64,000 nucleotides of DNA from Verrucomicrobiota bacterium (lineage in GTDB: Bacteria > Verrucomicrobiota > Verrucomicrobiia > Limisphaerales > Palsa-1400): NCBI GenBank assembly GCA_049510745.1, contig JBEKYR010000019.1, forward strand, positions 26,697 through 90,696, read 5' to 3'. The notes under the pieces were generated by a model. That model saw nothing but the letters and a program-made list of their open reading frames with translations. It did not search any database and had not been told where the DNA came from. Numbering within the stretch: position 1 is the stretch's first letter; each line of letters starts with the position of its first letter. Below, one piece after another: positions 1-9,910 of this stretch. Both the position numbers and the translations under genes were made by a program.

Positions 1-822
1 GCGGGCGCGTCGGCCTGCACGGACGTCACGGGCTTCGGCCTCTTCGCCCATCTGCTGCGGATGCTGCGGCCGGGCGGACTGGGCGCGGAAATTTTCGCGG
101 AGACGCTGCCGGCCTTCGACGGCGCGATGGACGCCCTGCGGCAAGGCGTGATTCCGGGCGCGATTGAGCGCAACCGCGAGTATGCCGGCGACGCGCTTCA
201 CGTTGCGCCGGGCGTAAACGAGGCCGCGGTGAACCTGGGATTCGACGCGCAGACTTCCGGCGGCTTGCTGATCGCCGTTCCGCCGGAGCGGCTGGAACGG
301 TTGCGGCAATCTCTGGCCCGGCGCGGCGCCGGCCATTTTGTCATCGGCAAAATCGTTGCTGAAGCCGGACAGATTTATCTTTCAGCGGCCGGCAACAACA
401 CGGCGGAAATTTCAAGATTGAATTCAACCCTTCAACCGCGGAACATTGATTCCATGACAACACCAAAGAAAAATTCCCCGCCCCGCCACGGCGATTGCTG
501 CGCGGGCGCGGGCGAAACCGCAGCCGGTTCCGCCGCCGAATCAGAAAAGGCCTTTGACGCGCTGATCCGGTCGGTGCGATCGGCGGGCGCGCTGGATGAA
601 AAGACGAAGGAACTTATTCTGTTCAGCCTGGTCGTGGGCAGCCGTTGTCAACCATGTTTTGAGGCGCATCTGCGCAAGGCGCGCGAACTGGGCCTCTCGC
701 AGGCGGAACTGGACGAGGCGGCGTGGTGCGCCATCGCCCTGGGCGGCGCGCCGGTCATGATGTTTTATCAGGAATGCCTGGAGCGGATTCAATCGGGCAA
801 GGCGGACCGGGCGCGACCTTGA
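1..822 (+). CDS. selD: Selenide, water dikinase (5'-truncated) fused in frame to a C-terminal carboxymuconolactone decarboxylase/AhpD-like domain
   Basis: Frame is open from base 1. It contains the SelD motifs ACTDVTGFGLFAH and DAQTSGGLLIAV, then a linker, then ALDEKTKELI...CQPCFEAH (CMD/AhpD CxxC). tRNA-Sec lies 4.6 kb away. Confidence 0.9.
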   Translation, partial: AGASACTDVTGFGLFAHLLRMLRPGGLGAEIFAETLPAFDGAMDALRQGVIPGAIERNREYAGDALHVAPGVNEAAVNLGFDAQTSGGLLIAVPPERLERLRQSLARRGAGHFVIGKIVAEAGQIYLSAAGNNTAEISRLNSTLQPRNIDSMTTPKKNSPPRHGDCCAGAGETAAGSAAESEKAFDALIRSVRSAGALDEKTKELILFSLVVGSRCQPCFEAHLRKARELGLSQAELDEAAWCAIALGGAPVMMFYQECLERIQSGKADRARP

Positions 823-932
823 GCGCAAATGCGGCGTTTTCCGCTGGAGATCTGCATAACTTGCCAAATCACCAATAAAAGCACGTCTTTCGACTCCAAT
901 CTTGGAATAACTTCATGCGAGAATACTTTTGT

Positions 933-987
933 ATAAAGTTATATAAAATAAACGTTGACGTACTTCACTAAAATGGTATAACTTTAT
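933..987 (+). promoter_or_regulatory. Sigma70-type promoter with inverted-repeat operator for the TA operon
   Basis: TTGACG (955-960), 16 nt, TATAAC (977-982) with extended -10 TG. Perfect 11-bp inverted repeat ATAAAGTTATA (933-943) / TATAACTTTAT (977-987). Confidence 0.65.
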
Positions 988-990
988 GCC

Positions 991-1236
991 GTGATTACAA
1001 CATTTAAAACCGACACGGTTAATTTTGGCGCCAAAGGCCAGGTGGTCATCCCCCGCCGTCTGCGCAGGGAATTTGAAATTGAGGAGGGGACGAAGGCGCA
1101 GGTGTATGTTGAGAACGGCCAGATTGTGCTCAAACCGATCACGTCGAAATTCATCAGAAGTTTGCGCGGCTCCTTGAAGGGCACCAAGGCGATGGAAACC
1201 TTCATGGCGGAACGGAAGCGGGAAAGGGAATTATAA
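991..1236 (+). CDS. AbrB/MazE/SpoVT-family antitoxin
   Basis: KGQVVIPRRLRREFEIEEG AbrB signature; overlaps the PIN gene (TAATG). Confidence 0.9.
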   Translation: MITTFKTDTVNFGAKGQVVIPRRLRREFEIEEGTKAQVYVENGQIVLKPITSKFIRSLRGSLKGTKAMETFMAERKREREL

Positions 1237-1637
1237 TGGCCACCAAGGTTCTGGACAGTTGGGCACTCATGGCGCTCTTCAATGAAGAACCCGCCGCCAG
1301 CGCGGTGGAAAAACTTCTGGCCCAAGCCGCTGCTGACCGGCACAAACTTTTGATGAGTGTGGTGAACTGGGGTGAAATTTATTATTCCGTGGCACGCGGA
1401 GCTTCCCGCGAAATGGCGGAACAAAAAGCCAAAGAAATTGCCGCCATGCCCCTTGAGATTGTGCCTGCCGATCTTCACCAGACTCACCAGGCTGCGATTT
1501 ACAAGGCCGCGTGCAGAATGTCCTACGCCGACTGCTTTGGCGCGGCCCTGGCCAAGATCAAAAACGCAGAGTTCGTCACCGGCGACCCGGAATTCAAAGA
1601 AGTTGAGAAGGAAATAAAAATCAACTGGCTGAAATAA
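1236..1637 (+). CDS. vapC: VapC-family PIN-domain toxin
   Basis: VLDSWA, NWGEIYY, SYADCF and VTGDPEF PIN motifs; 133 aa. Confidence 0.9.
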   Translation: MATKVLDSWALMALFNEEPAASAVEKLLAQAAADRHKLLMSVVNWGEIYYSVARGASREMAEQKAKEIAAMPLEIVPADLHQTHQAAIYKAACRMSYADCFGAALAKIKNAEFVTGDPEFKEVEKEIKINWLK

Positions 1638-1655
1638 TCGCAGCCCGAGAAAACT

Positions 1656-3950
1656 ATGGCATACGAAGAACTGGTCATTGATCTACTGAAGGCGGAGCGT
1701 GAGGAAGACGTTACTGCCGCGCTCACAGTCTATGGCTTGGAGAAATTCACTGATTCGAATTGGATTCCATATGGGGGAACGCTTTTTGAAAATAATTACG
1801 GATTGATAGGGACGCAACAGGCTGATTCGCTTGGCGCTCTAGTCGAAAAGGTCGTGAATTCGATTGATGCAGTTCTGATGCGGGAATGTCTAGCGAGAAA
1901 CCTCGATCCCAGAAGTAATCTTGTGCCGCGAACGATGAACGAAGCGGCTGAACAGTTCTTGAACATTCCAGAAGGCAATTTAGCCAAGCTGTCTCCAACA
2001 CAACGGACAGAACTGGCCGAAAAGAATATCAGCATCATCGTGACAGGGCAGAAGCCTGACGAAGGCAACCCATGCATCATAGTTGCTGACACCGGAGAGG
2101 GACAGAGGCCCGAAGACTTCAAAGACACCCTTGTTTCATTGCTTCGCAGCAACAAATGTTCTGTCCCGTTTGTTCAGGGCAAATTCAACATGGGCAGTAC
2201 TGGCAGCCTAGTGTTTTGTAGCCCGAACAAGAATTACCAGTTGATCATTTCACGACGTAACGCGGCAATTCCTACAGCCCGAAATTCAAAATGGGGATTC
2301 ACTTTAATCAGGAAGCGTCCTCCAATGAAGAATGAGAAGAATGAGCGTTATGAATATCTCGCGCCGAAAGGGAAGATCTGTGAACTCGATCTTGATGAAA
2401 TCCCAATTTTTCCAGACGCCGAAAATGTGCCCTACAAACGCCCAATCAAATGCGGGACGATCGTAAAGCTTTACGAGTATGACCTTCCGAGAAGTATAAA
2501 GACGATGGCGACCGCAGATTTCTACCGGGCTTTATCAACCAAGCTCTGGACGGTGGTCGTTCCGATGCGAATTTATGAGGCGCGGGGTTACAAAGGTCAC
2601 ACTCTTGAGAGCACGTTTTCTGGGATGAACATCCGGCTTGAAGATGACAAAGGTGACGTCCTGGAGGAAGGGTTTCCATGCAATTTTACTCTTAATATTC
2701 CGAAGGTCGGAATGGTTGATGGGCGCATTTGCCTATTCAAAAAGGACGCCGAAATCTCACGTTGGGTAAGTTCACGAGAGGCGATCATTTACACTATTAA
2801 CGGCCAGTCTCACGGCGCGCTGCCGAATGATTTTTTCCGACGCCAGTCAGTCAATCTCCCGTGGATACAGAAACAACTCTTGATCAACATTGATTGTTCG
2901 CGCCTCGACCAGCAATTGATCAACAGAATGTTTATGACCAGTCGCGACAGGCAGCGCGATGTTCAGGAAAAAGACTTCCTAGAGTCTGCCCTGGCCGAAT
3001 TTGTTCGCAAGCATCCGGGGCTTCGGGAGTGGAACGAGCGACGCCACAGAGAAACGGTCGAGGAACAGTTCGTGGAGGAATCAGAAACGATCGAACTATT
3101 TGAAAAATTAGTAGCGCAGAATCCAGCACTCGCTGAGATTCTCGGTGTTGGTCTCAAAATCAAAGTCCCAAAGCCCGGCGAACAGCCGACTTCAAAGTTC
3201 GAAGGCCAAAGATTCCCAACGTTTTTGAAACTCGAAGACGCCCATAACAACGACGATTTCGTCAAAAAGTGTCCCCAGAATTCCTATTGTCGCGTTACTT
3301 TATTAACCGATGCGGAAAACGATTATTTGGTCCGAGCGATTGAGCCGGGGAAACTTATCATCAGACCGGAAGCATTGGTCAAGAGTACTAGCCTCTACAA
3401 TGGCCGGTTGGAACTGCAACTAGCCCCGGAAAAAATGTACGATGTTGGTCACCGTATTGAAGTAAAGGTAATGTTAACCAGCCCGAACTCGACCGAGGGC
3501 TACTTTTCAGTTCGGTTTTGGCTGGAGATCGATTCGCCAGTGCAGCCAAAGAAGAGTCCTCCCAGCCCGCCCAAGCCGCCAAAAGTAACGACCGTGGCCC
3601 TGCCTGAAATCAAAGAAATCAAAAAGGATCAATGGGCCGAGGCTATCGAAATTACTTCCGACGATGATGTCGTGAAGATAATGAAGGACAACCAAGGGAC
3701 GACTTCTCTCGTGAACATGGATAATCGCCACTACCGCCGCTATGTTTACGCCAACCCCAAGCGAGAGCAGGAGATTAGAAACCTCTACAAGATCTCATCA
3801 ACAATCATGGGGCTTTGGCTGCTCGAACAGGTTGATAAAGGTGGTCTCCAGGAGGAAAACCGAAGATCGGTGAGTAACTCACTTGGCCGGCTTCTGCTTC
3901 CTTTGGTTGATTCACTAGGGAGCAAGTTGGCTGAATTAGAGCAAGGGTAG
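1656..3950 (+). CDS. GHKL (MORC/Hsp90/MutL-like) ATPase-domain protein with uncharacterised C-terminal region
   Basis: Bergerat motifs EKVVNSIDA, DTGEG and QGKFNMGSTG; visibly lower GC than flanks. Confidence 0.75.
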   Translation: MAYEELVIDLLKAEREEDVTAALTVYGLEKFTDSNWIPYGGTLFENNYGLIGTQQADSLGALVEKVVNSIDAVLMRECLARNLDPRSNLVPRTMNEAAEQFLNIPEGNLAKLSPTQRTELAEKNISIIVTGQKPDEGNPCIIVADTGEGQRPEDFKDTLVSLLRSNKCSVPFVQGKFNMGSTGSLVFCSPNKNYQLIISRRNAAIPTARNSKWGFTLIRKRPPMKNEKNERYEYLAPKGKICELDLDEIPIFPDAENVPYKRPIKCGTIVKLYEYDLPRSIKTMATADFYRALSTKLWTVVVPMRIYEARGYKGHTLESTFSGMNIRLEDDKGDVLEEGFPCNFTLNIPKVGMVDGRICLFKKDAEISRWVSSREAIIYTINGQSHGALPNDFFRRQSVNLPWIQKQLLINIDCSRLDQQLINRMFMTSRDRQRDVQEKDFLESALAEFVRKHPGLREWNERRHRETVEEQFVEESETIELFEKLVAQNPALAEILGVGLKIKVPKPGEQPTSKFEGQRFPTFLKLEDAHNNDDFVKKCPQNSYCRVTLLTDAENDYLVRAIEPGKLIIRPEALVKSTSLYNGRLELQLAPEKMYDVGHRIEVKVMLTSPNSTEGYFSVRFWLEIDSPVQPKKSPPSPPKPPKVTTVALPEIKEIKKDQWAEAIEITSDDDVVKIMKDNQGTTSLVNMDNRHYRRYVYANPKREQEIRNLYKISSTIMGLWLLEQVDKGGLQEENRRSVSNSLGRLLLPLVDSLGSKLAELEQG

Positions 3951-4126
3951 TTCAAGTCCGCGTCTCCGCGCCTTACAGAAGCTGCGGAATTGAGAGACAG
4001 GCTGGAAGCGCTGTCCCACGTTGAGGGGCATTGGGAACATCGAACTAAACACAAGCCTGGGTTGTTAAACAATCTTCACCCACTTTCAACCTTCACCTTG
4101 AGTTTTAGCCACCCTAAAGCGGATCC

Positions 4127-5011
4127 TCACTTTTGACACTCCTCATTAGACGTGGTTTGCGGCAGGGCAAAGCACGGTTCAATGGCGCCGCAGGTGGCGC
4201 ATTCCAGGCAGCGGATGCAGCCGGAAACGTTGACGGCCTGATCCACTTTCACACCCATCGGGCAGCGGCTGCGGCAGAGGTTGCATTCGACGCATTGCTG
4301 CGGATTGAACCGGAGATGAAACAGGCTCAACCGGTTGAAGAGCGCGAGCAACCCGCCGAGCGGACAAAACACGCGGCACCACGGCCGGTGAATGAAAAGC
4401 GCGGCCGCAAGAAAGGAGAGCAAAATGCCGCTCTTCAACCCGCTCATCAGCCAACCGTTGCCGGCAAGCAGGCTTTGCACGGAGTAAGGCACGCCGGCTT
4501 CCAGCGCGCCGGCCGGACAAAGCCGGCAAATGGAAATGACCTGCCTTTCAAATGGAATGCCGTTGAAACCCAGAATCAGCGGCAGAAGAATCACCAATCC
4601 TACCAGAACGAAGTAACGGCCGTAACCGGTCCAGGACGGCAGGATGATTTTCCGGGTGGTGATTTTGCCGAGCAAGTCCTGGAGAAAACCGAACGGACAA
4701 GCCCAGCCGCAAACGATGGAACCGCCGGCCGCGCCGACGAGCACGAGCACGCCGATCAATAAATACGGCACTTCCCCCGCCACTGGCAGCAGCGCCGCGT
4801 AGTTGGCCATCACACCCACCGGGCAGGCGAAGGCCGAGAGCGGGCACGAGTAACAGTGGAACACGCAGCCGGGAATGCCGTGCAGCCACCGGCCCAGCGG
4901 CGCGAGCCACAGGCCGAGAAAACCGGTTTGCACCCAGGGACGCCAGCGCGAGAGTTTTCGTCCGAGCGCCGCCGGCTTCCATTCAGGGCAATTGGGAACG
5001 GGACATTCCAT
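4127..5011 (-). CDS. Membrane 4Fe-4S binding protein (NapH/MauN-like polyferredoxin)
   Basis: CGWACPFG and WCRVFCPLG motifs, C-terminal CVECNLCRSRCP and CIRCLECATC, several TM segments. Confidence 0.9.
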   Translation of the reverse strand: MECPVPNCPEWKPAALGRKLSRWRPWVQTGFLGLWLAPLGRWLHGIPGCVFHCYSCPLSAFACPVGVMANYAALLPVAGEVPYLLIGVLVLVGAAGGSIVCGWACPFGFLQDLLGKITTRKIILPSWTGYGRYFVLVGLVILLPLILGFNGIPFERQVISICRLCPAGALEAGVPYSVQSLLAGNGWLMSGLKSGILLSFLAAALFIHRPWCRVFCPLGGLLALFNRLSLFHLRFNPQQCVECNLCRSRCPMGVKVDQAVNVSGCIRCLECATCGAIEPCFALPQTTSNEECQK

Positions 5012-5021
5012 GGGAACAGGT

Positions 5022-5040
5022 CGGCCACGCCACGTGGCCG
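5022..5040 (-). promoter_or_regulatory. Putative SECIS hairpin 3
   Basis: CGGCCAC-GTGGC-GTGGCCG, a perfect 7-bp stem with the loop at +21..+25 from the TGA at 5056-5054. Confidence 0.75.
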
Positions 5041-5044
5041 GAAT

Positions 5045-5419
5045 TCATCTTATTCAGGTGGGACAGGGCGTTTTTGCGCCGAGGTCCACGCGGATTTTCC
5101 ACGCCGGCGGCTGGGTATGGGCCTGTTGTTTGGCCCAGCGGTCAAGCGCCTCGCCGGGATTGGCCACGGCATCGAGTTTCGGCGGCGGCGGCGGCGCGAC
5201 TTGGTCCGGGTATTGCAAACCGCCGGAGGAGAAGGCTTTGACCAACTGCGTTTCCCACGCCGTGTTTCCGTCCGTGGTGTCCACGTTGGTCAGATGCCGC
5301 GCGCCGCTAAACAGCAGCGCCGCGCCGGTCAGCGCGACAACCAAGCCGGACCAGAAATCGTGGTCTTCCCGCGCGCGCGACGCGCGATTGACCGGTGGCT
5401 GGGGGACTCGCTTGAACAT
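5045..5419 (-). CDS. Putative small membrane selenoprotein, 124 aa, ending ...KTPCPT-U-IR (CxxU; Sec122)
   Basis: ATG at 5419, one TM helix, Cys-Pro-Thr-TGA, SECIS-like hairpin at conserved spacing, directly downstream of selC. Without recoding the ORF ends at 5054. Confidence 0.7.
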
Positions 5420-5437
5420 GCTACGGATTGGGGAAAA

Positions 5438-5534
5438 TGGCGGAGGTGGATGGGAATCGAACCCACCTGGGACTTTGTTGAGTCCCACGCTGGTTTTGAA
5501 GACCAGGAGCGCCACCAGGTCGCCCCACACCTCC
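5438..5534 (-). tRNA. selC: tRNA-Sec (anticodon UCA), 97 nt
   Basis: Acceptor GGAGGTG/CACCTCC, G discriminator plus encoded CCA, anticodon arm CTGGT-CTTCAAA-ACCAG, long variable arm TGGGACT/AGTCCCA, T-loop TTCGATT. Confidence 0.95.
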
Positions 5535-5694
5535 CCGGCGGACCGCCGCGCCGCTGGCCAATGGCAGGCGTGATTGATTTCCGGCGGGCCGCATCACACA
5601 GGTATATTGACAGATTGGAGCGGATAACTCAATCCGAATTTAGTCGCCAGCCGCGCCATAAATGGCAGACTGTTTGCACGTCAGGAAAGAATTT

Positions 5695-6531
5695 ATGGAC
5701 ATTCGAAAAGCCGTCATCACCGCCGCCGGTCCGGGCCAGCGGACGCTGCCGCTGCAAACGCTGGTTGACCGCGACGGCAAAACCAAGACCGCGCTCGGCA
5801 TCATCGTGGAGGAGGCGCTCAATTGCGGCGCGGAGGAAACCTGCGTGGTGGTCCATCCGGGCGACGCCGAGGCCTACCGCGCCGCCGCCGGGCCGCACGG
5901 CAAGCGATTGCAGTTCGTGGAGCAGGAGAAGGCGCTGGGCTACGGCCACGCCGTCTGGTGCGCCCGCGCCTTCACCGGATCGGAGCCGTTTCTGCTCCTG
6001 GTCGGCGATCATCTTTATCTGAGCCGGGAGAAACGCAGTTGCGCGCGGCAATTGGTCGAGGTCGCCGCGGCCGAGGCCTGCGCCGTTTCCGCCGTGCAGG
6101 CCACGCACGAAAGCAAACTGCCCTATTACGGCGTGGCGGGCGGGCGGCTGGCGGAGAACCGCAAAGGCCTTTACCTCATTTCCGAGGTGCTGGAGAAACC
6201 GACCCCGACCGTCGCCGAACAACGCCTCATCGTTCCCGGATTGCGCGCGGGCCATTATCTTTGTTTTTTCGGGATGCACGTTCTGACGCCGGCGGTGATG
6301 GATTTGCTGGGGGCGGAAATGGCCGCCGGCCAGGCGGCCAGCCTGAGTCAAACACTCGCCAAGCTGGCCAGCCGCGAGCGCTATCTGGCCTGCGAATTAC
6401 AGGGACGCCGGTTTGACATCGGTTTGAAATACGGCCTGCTGACCGCGCAACTGGCGCTGGCCCTGAGCAGCCCGGCCCGCTCCGAAGTGCTCGCCGGACT
6501 CGTCGAACTCCTCGCCCAGGAACCCCATTGA
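5695..6531 (+). CDS. Sugar-phosphate nucleotidyltransferase (GalU-like)
   Basis: [27 protein letters not shown] and EKP motifs. Confidence 0.85.
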   Translation: MDIRKAVITAAGPGQRTLPLQTLVDRDGKTKTALGIIVEEALNCGAEETCVVVHPGDAEAYRAAAGPHGKRLQFVEQEKALGYGHAVWCARAFTGSEPFLLLVGDHLYLSREKRSCARQLVEVAAAEACAVSAVQATHESKLPYYGVAGGRLAENRKGLYLISEVLEKPTPTVAEQRLIVPGLRAGHYLCFFGMHVLTPAVMDLLGAEMAAGQAASLSQTLAKLASRERYLACELQGRRFDIGLKYGLLTAQLALALSSPARSEVLAGLVELLAQEPH

Positions 6532-6539
6532 TCACGCGC

Positions 6540-9500
6540 ATGGCCAGCCCGCTCCTCGACATCATCACCTCGGCGGACGCGAGAATTCGCAACCAGCCGC
6601 TCGACGCCTTTTGCGCCCGCGCCCCGGCAGATGAACTGCTGGCGGCCTGCGCGGAACTGGAGGGCTTCCGCCGCCGCAGCGACAATCTTTACGAGCGCGT
6701 CCGCGCGTTGTTCTTCCTTTACGCGATTCACCGTTTTCATCTGCCGGGGAAACTGCCCGCGGGCGCGGACGGCATGATTCCCTTCAAAGGATTCGAACAT
6801 CTGCTGCACCGCCGGTTTGAAGAGGCGCTCGACCAGTTTCTTTCCGCGCAAAAAAGCGGCGGCCCCAGCGACGCCCTTTGCAGCGCGCTGGCCGCCGTGT
6901 ATCAACGCATCGGCTTTCAGACGCTGGCCGACCAGGTGCGGCGCAGCGTCCGTTCGGTGCGCGGCAACCAATGGATGTTCCGCATGGGCCATCCGGAGGA
7001 TCATCCGTTGCGCGTGCGCCCGGAACTGCTGCAACGCGGCGCGGACGGCGCCTTCCCCGTGCTGCGCGAACGCACCCCGGTGCGGATGGATTTGAGCCAT
7101 TCGGGCTGGAGCGACATTTTCTTTCTCGGCATGGATTTTCCCGAAGGCGCCCGCGTGCTCAACGTCTCCATTGACCTGGGCGTTCACGGGCGCGACCAGG
7201 CGGCGCAGCCGCCGGTGGAGGCCTGCTTGCGGGTGATTGACGAACCGGTTTTGCGCCTGACCAGCGTGGACCTCGGCGCCACGGCGGAGATCAACAATCT
7301 GGCCGAGGTTTTTGATTTCGCCCGCGACTACCTCGGATTGCTCAAAGCGGCCGTCATCGCTGCCGGCATTGTGCCGCCGGGCATTGAAGGTTCGGGACTC
7401 AATCTGGCCGACTTGCTCGCGCGGGTCGCCGGGGCCGGGCGCGGCCTGGAATTGGTCAGCCACGTCAACGATATTCCGAAAGGCTCGCGCCTGGCGGTCT
7501 CGACCAACCTGCTCGCCTCGCTGATTTCCGTCTGCATGAGGGCCACCGGCCAGGCCAAGTCGCTGACTGGCGCGCTGGCCGAGGAGGAACGGCGCCTGGT
7601 GCTGGCGCGCGCGTTGCTGGGCGAATGGCTCGGCGGCTCGGGCGGCGGCTGGCAGGATTCCGGCGGCGTGTGGCCGGGCATGAAACTCATTTGTGGCGTG
7701 ACCGCGACGGAAGGCGATCCCGAATTTGGCATCAGCCGGGGCCGGCTCATGCCGGCGCACCGCATTCTGGATCGCCACGACGTTTCGTCCGAGACGCGCG
7801 AGCGTTTGCAGCAAAGCCTCGTGCTCGTCCACGGCGGCATGGCGCAAAACGTCGGGCCGATCCTCGAAATGGTGACGGAAAAGTATCTGCTCCGTTCCGC
7901 CGCCGAATGGGCCGGACGGCAGCAGGCCATCGGGTTGCTCGATGAAATCGTGTCGGCGCTGCGCGCCGGAGATGTGCGCGGGGTGGGCGCCCTGACCACG
8001 CGCAATTTTTGCGAGCCGATCCAAACCATCATTCCGTGGGCCAGCAACGCCTTCACCGAATCGGTCATCGCGTCCGTGCGGGACGAGTTTGGCGCGGATT
8101 TCTGGGGGTTCTGGATGCTCGGCGGCATGTCCGGCGGCGGGATGGGTTTCATCTTTGAGCCGCAACGCAAGGCGCGGGCGCAGCAGCGGTTGCAGGAAAT
8201 CATGTCGCAAACCAAGCGCGAACTGCAACACGCGCTGCCCTTTGCCATGGAGCCGGTGGTCTATGATTTCGCCATCAACGAGCGCGGCACCTGGGCGGAC
8301 CTGCTGCGCGGCGACGAGGCGTTGCTGCCGCGCGGCTACTACGCGCTGCATGTTCCGCGCTGGCTGCGGGCCGATCCGCAGGCGCTGACCAGGGCGCAGC
8401 GCGCCGAACTGGACAAGTTCGGCGCCGCCTGCCGCACGCGAACGGAATTGTCCGGCATGATGCAGACGCTCTTCGACCGCCTGCTGCCCCGGCTCAAATC
8501 CGAGGGCGGCTCCCAGCAAAGCCTGGCGGAATTGCTCGAACAAAACGGCTTCGACCGCGTGCAGCATGAGCAGATTCGCGACGATTTGAAAGACGGCCGC
8601 ATCGGCTTGGCCCAAAACCGCCTGCCCGCCAGCGCCGACATCAAGGACGTGCAGGATGCCGATGTGTTCAATGCCACCGGGCCGTTGGCGGAGGAATTGC
8701 GCCAGGCCGGCCTGGCCGCCCTCGCCCGCGGCGAACTGGCGGTGGTCACGCTGGCCGCCGGCGCGGGCAGCCGCTGGACGGAAGGCGCTGGTGTGGTCAA
8801 GGCGCTGCATCCGTTCTGCAAATTCAACGGCCTGCACCGGACGTTCATCGAAACGCACCTGGCCAAGAGCCGCCGTATCGGCCAACTGGCCGGCCAGACG
8901 CTGCCGCACTTCTTCACCACCAGCTACCTGACCCACGCGGCCACCGAGGAATTCCTGCGCCGGAAGAAAAATCATCATTATCCCGGACCGCTGCTCCTGT
9001 CGCCCGGCAGGTCCATCGGGCTGCGGATGATCCCGATGGTGCGCGACCTGCGCTTTCTCTGGGAGGAGATGCCGCAGCAACGGCTCGACGAGCAGCAGCA
9101 AAAAGTGCGCGACAGCCTGCGGGCCGCGCTCCTCAACTGGGCCCGTTCGGCGGGCGAGGGCGGCGATTACACCGACAATCTCCCGGCCCAATGCCTGCAC
9201 CCGGTGGGACACTGGTTCGAGGTGCCGAACCTGCTGCGCAACGGCGTGCTGGCGCGCTTGCTCGCCGAACGTCCGCAGTTGCGGCACCTGATGTTGCACA
9301 ACATCGACACGCTCGGGGCGGACGCGGACCCGGCGCTCTTCGGTTTGCATCTGGCGCAGGAGGGCTGCCTGACGTTCGAGGTCATCACGCGCCGGCTGGA
9401 GGACCGCGGCGGCGGCCTGGCCCGCGTTAATGGCCAGGTGCGGCTGGTGGAAGGACTGGCCATGCCGCGCGAGGAGGATGAGTTCCAACTCCGCTTCTAC

Positions 9501-9860
9501 AATTCAAACACCTGCTGGATCGACATCGACAAACTGCTGGCGGTTTTCGGCTTGAGCCGGGCCGACCTTTCCAAGGCGGAACACGTCGCCGCCGCCGTGC
9601 GCGCGCTGGCCGCGCGCATGCCGACCTACATCACGATCAAGGATGTCAAGAAGCGCTGGGGCCACGGCCAGGAAGACGTGTTCCCGGTCAGCCAGTTTGA
9701 GAAACTGTGGGTGAACATGACCGCGTTGCCGGAAGTGAAAACGCGCTTTGTCGTGGTGCCGCGCCTGCGGGGACAACAGCTCAAGGACCAGGCGCAACTG
9801 GACGGCTGGCTGCGCGATGGCTCGGCCGATTTCGTCAACCAGCTTTGTGCCTGGCCGTGA
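6540..9860 (+). CDS. Bifunctional GHMP sugar kinase / UDP-sugar pyrophosphorylase fusion
   Basis: [22 protein letters not shown] and GGMSGGG (GHMP); C-terminal [24 protein letters not shown] and QFEKL (UDPGP family). Confidence 0.85.
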   Translation: MASPLLDIITSADARIRNQPLDAFCARAPADELLAACAELEGFRRRSDNLYERVRALFFLYAIHRFHLPGKLPAGADGMIPFKGFEHLLHRRFEEALDQFLSAQKSGGPSDALCSALAAVYQRIGFQTLADQVRRSVRSVRGNQWMFRMGHPEDHPLRVRPELLQRGADGAFPVLRERTPVRMDLSHSGWSDIFFLGMDFPEGARVLNVSIDLGVHGRDQAAQPPVEACLRVIDEPVLRLTSVDLGATAEINNLAEVFDFARDYLGLLKAAVIAAGIVPPGIEGSGLNLADLLARVAGAGRGLELVSHVNDIPKGSRLAVSTNLLASLISVCMRATGQAKSLTGALAEEERRLVLARALLGEWLGGSGGGWQDSGGVWPGMKLICGVTATEGDPEFGISRGRLMPAHRILDRHDVSSETRERLQQSLVLVHGGMAQNVGPILEMVTEKYLLRSAAEWAGRQQAIGLLDEIVSALRAGDVRGVGALTTRNFCEPIQTIIPWASNAFTESVIASVRDEFGADFWGFWMLGGMSGGGMGFIFEPQRKARAQQRLQEIMSQTKRELQHALPFAMEPVVYDFAINERGTWADLLRGDEALLPRGYYALHVPRWLRADPQALTRAQRAELDKFGAACRTRTELSGMMQTLFDRLLPRLKSEGGSQQSLAELLEQNGFDRVQHEQIRDDLKDGRIGLAQNRLPASADIKDVQDADVFNATGPLAEELRQAGLAALARGELAVVTLAAGAGSRWTEGAGVVKALHPFCKFNGLHRTFIETHLAKSRRIGQLAGQTLPHFFTTSYLTHAATEEFLRRKKNHHYPGPLLLSPGRSIGLRMIPMVRDLRFLWEEMPQQRLDEQQQKVRDSLRAALLNWARSAGEGGDYTDNLPAQCLHPVGHWFEVPNLLRNGVLARLLAERPQLRHLMLHNIDTLGADADPALFGLHLAQEGCLTFEVITRRLEDRGGGLARVNGQVRLVEGLAMPREEDEFQLRFYNSNTCWIDIDKLLAVFGLSRADLSKAEHVAAAVRALAARMPTYITIKDVKKRWGHGQEDVFPVSQFEKLWVNMTALPEVKTRFVVVPRLRGQQLKDQAQLDGWLRDGSADFVNQLCAWP

Positions 9861-9910
9861 ATACGGATTGATATTGCAGTAAGCCCTTCGATTTGCTAAT
9901 AGCCTGTCTA

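Noticed and set aside
4080..4140. 4Fe-4S gene ends C-Q-K-TGA (formal CxxU) with GTGGC downstream
   Set aside because: GTGGC is at +15..+19 rather than +21..+25, the stem is a weak AT-rich 5 bp, and the tail looks unconserved. Treated as a normal stop, though cheap to check in homologues.
860..5440. tRNA-Sec-targeted integrative element
   Set aside because: No integrase and no duplicated tRNA 3' end seen; the genes next to selC appear native.
5420..5530. N-terminal 37 aa of ORF 5054-5530
   Set aside because: Overlaps tRNA-Sec; the real start is taken as ATG 5419.
6381..9488. Long antisense ORFs (1035 aa here; also 20245-22857, 47970-50105 and others)
   Set aside because: Shadow frames of GC-rich genes with no recognisable motifs.
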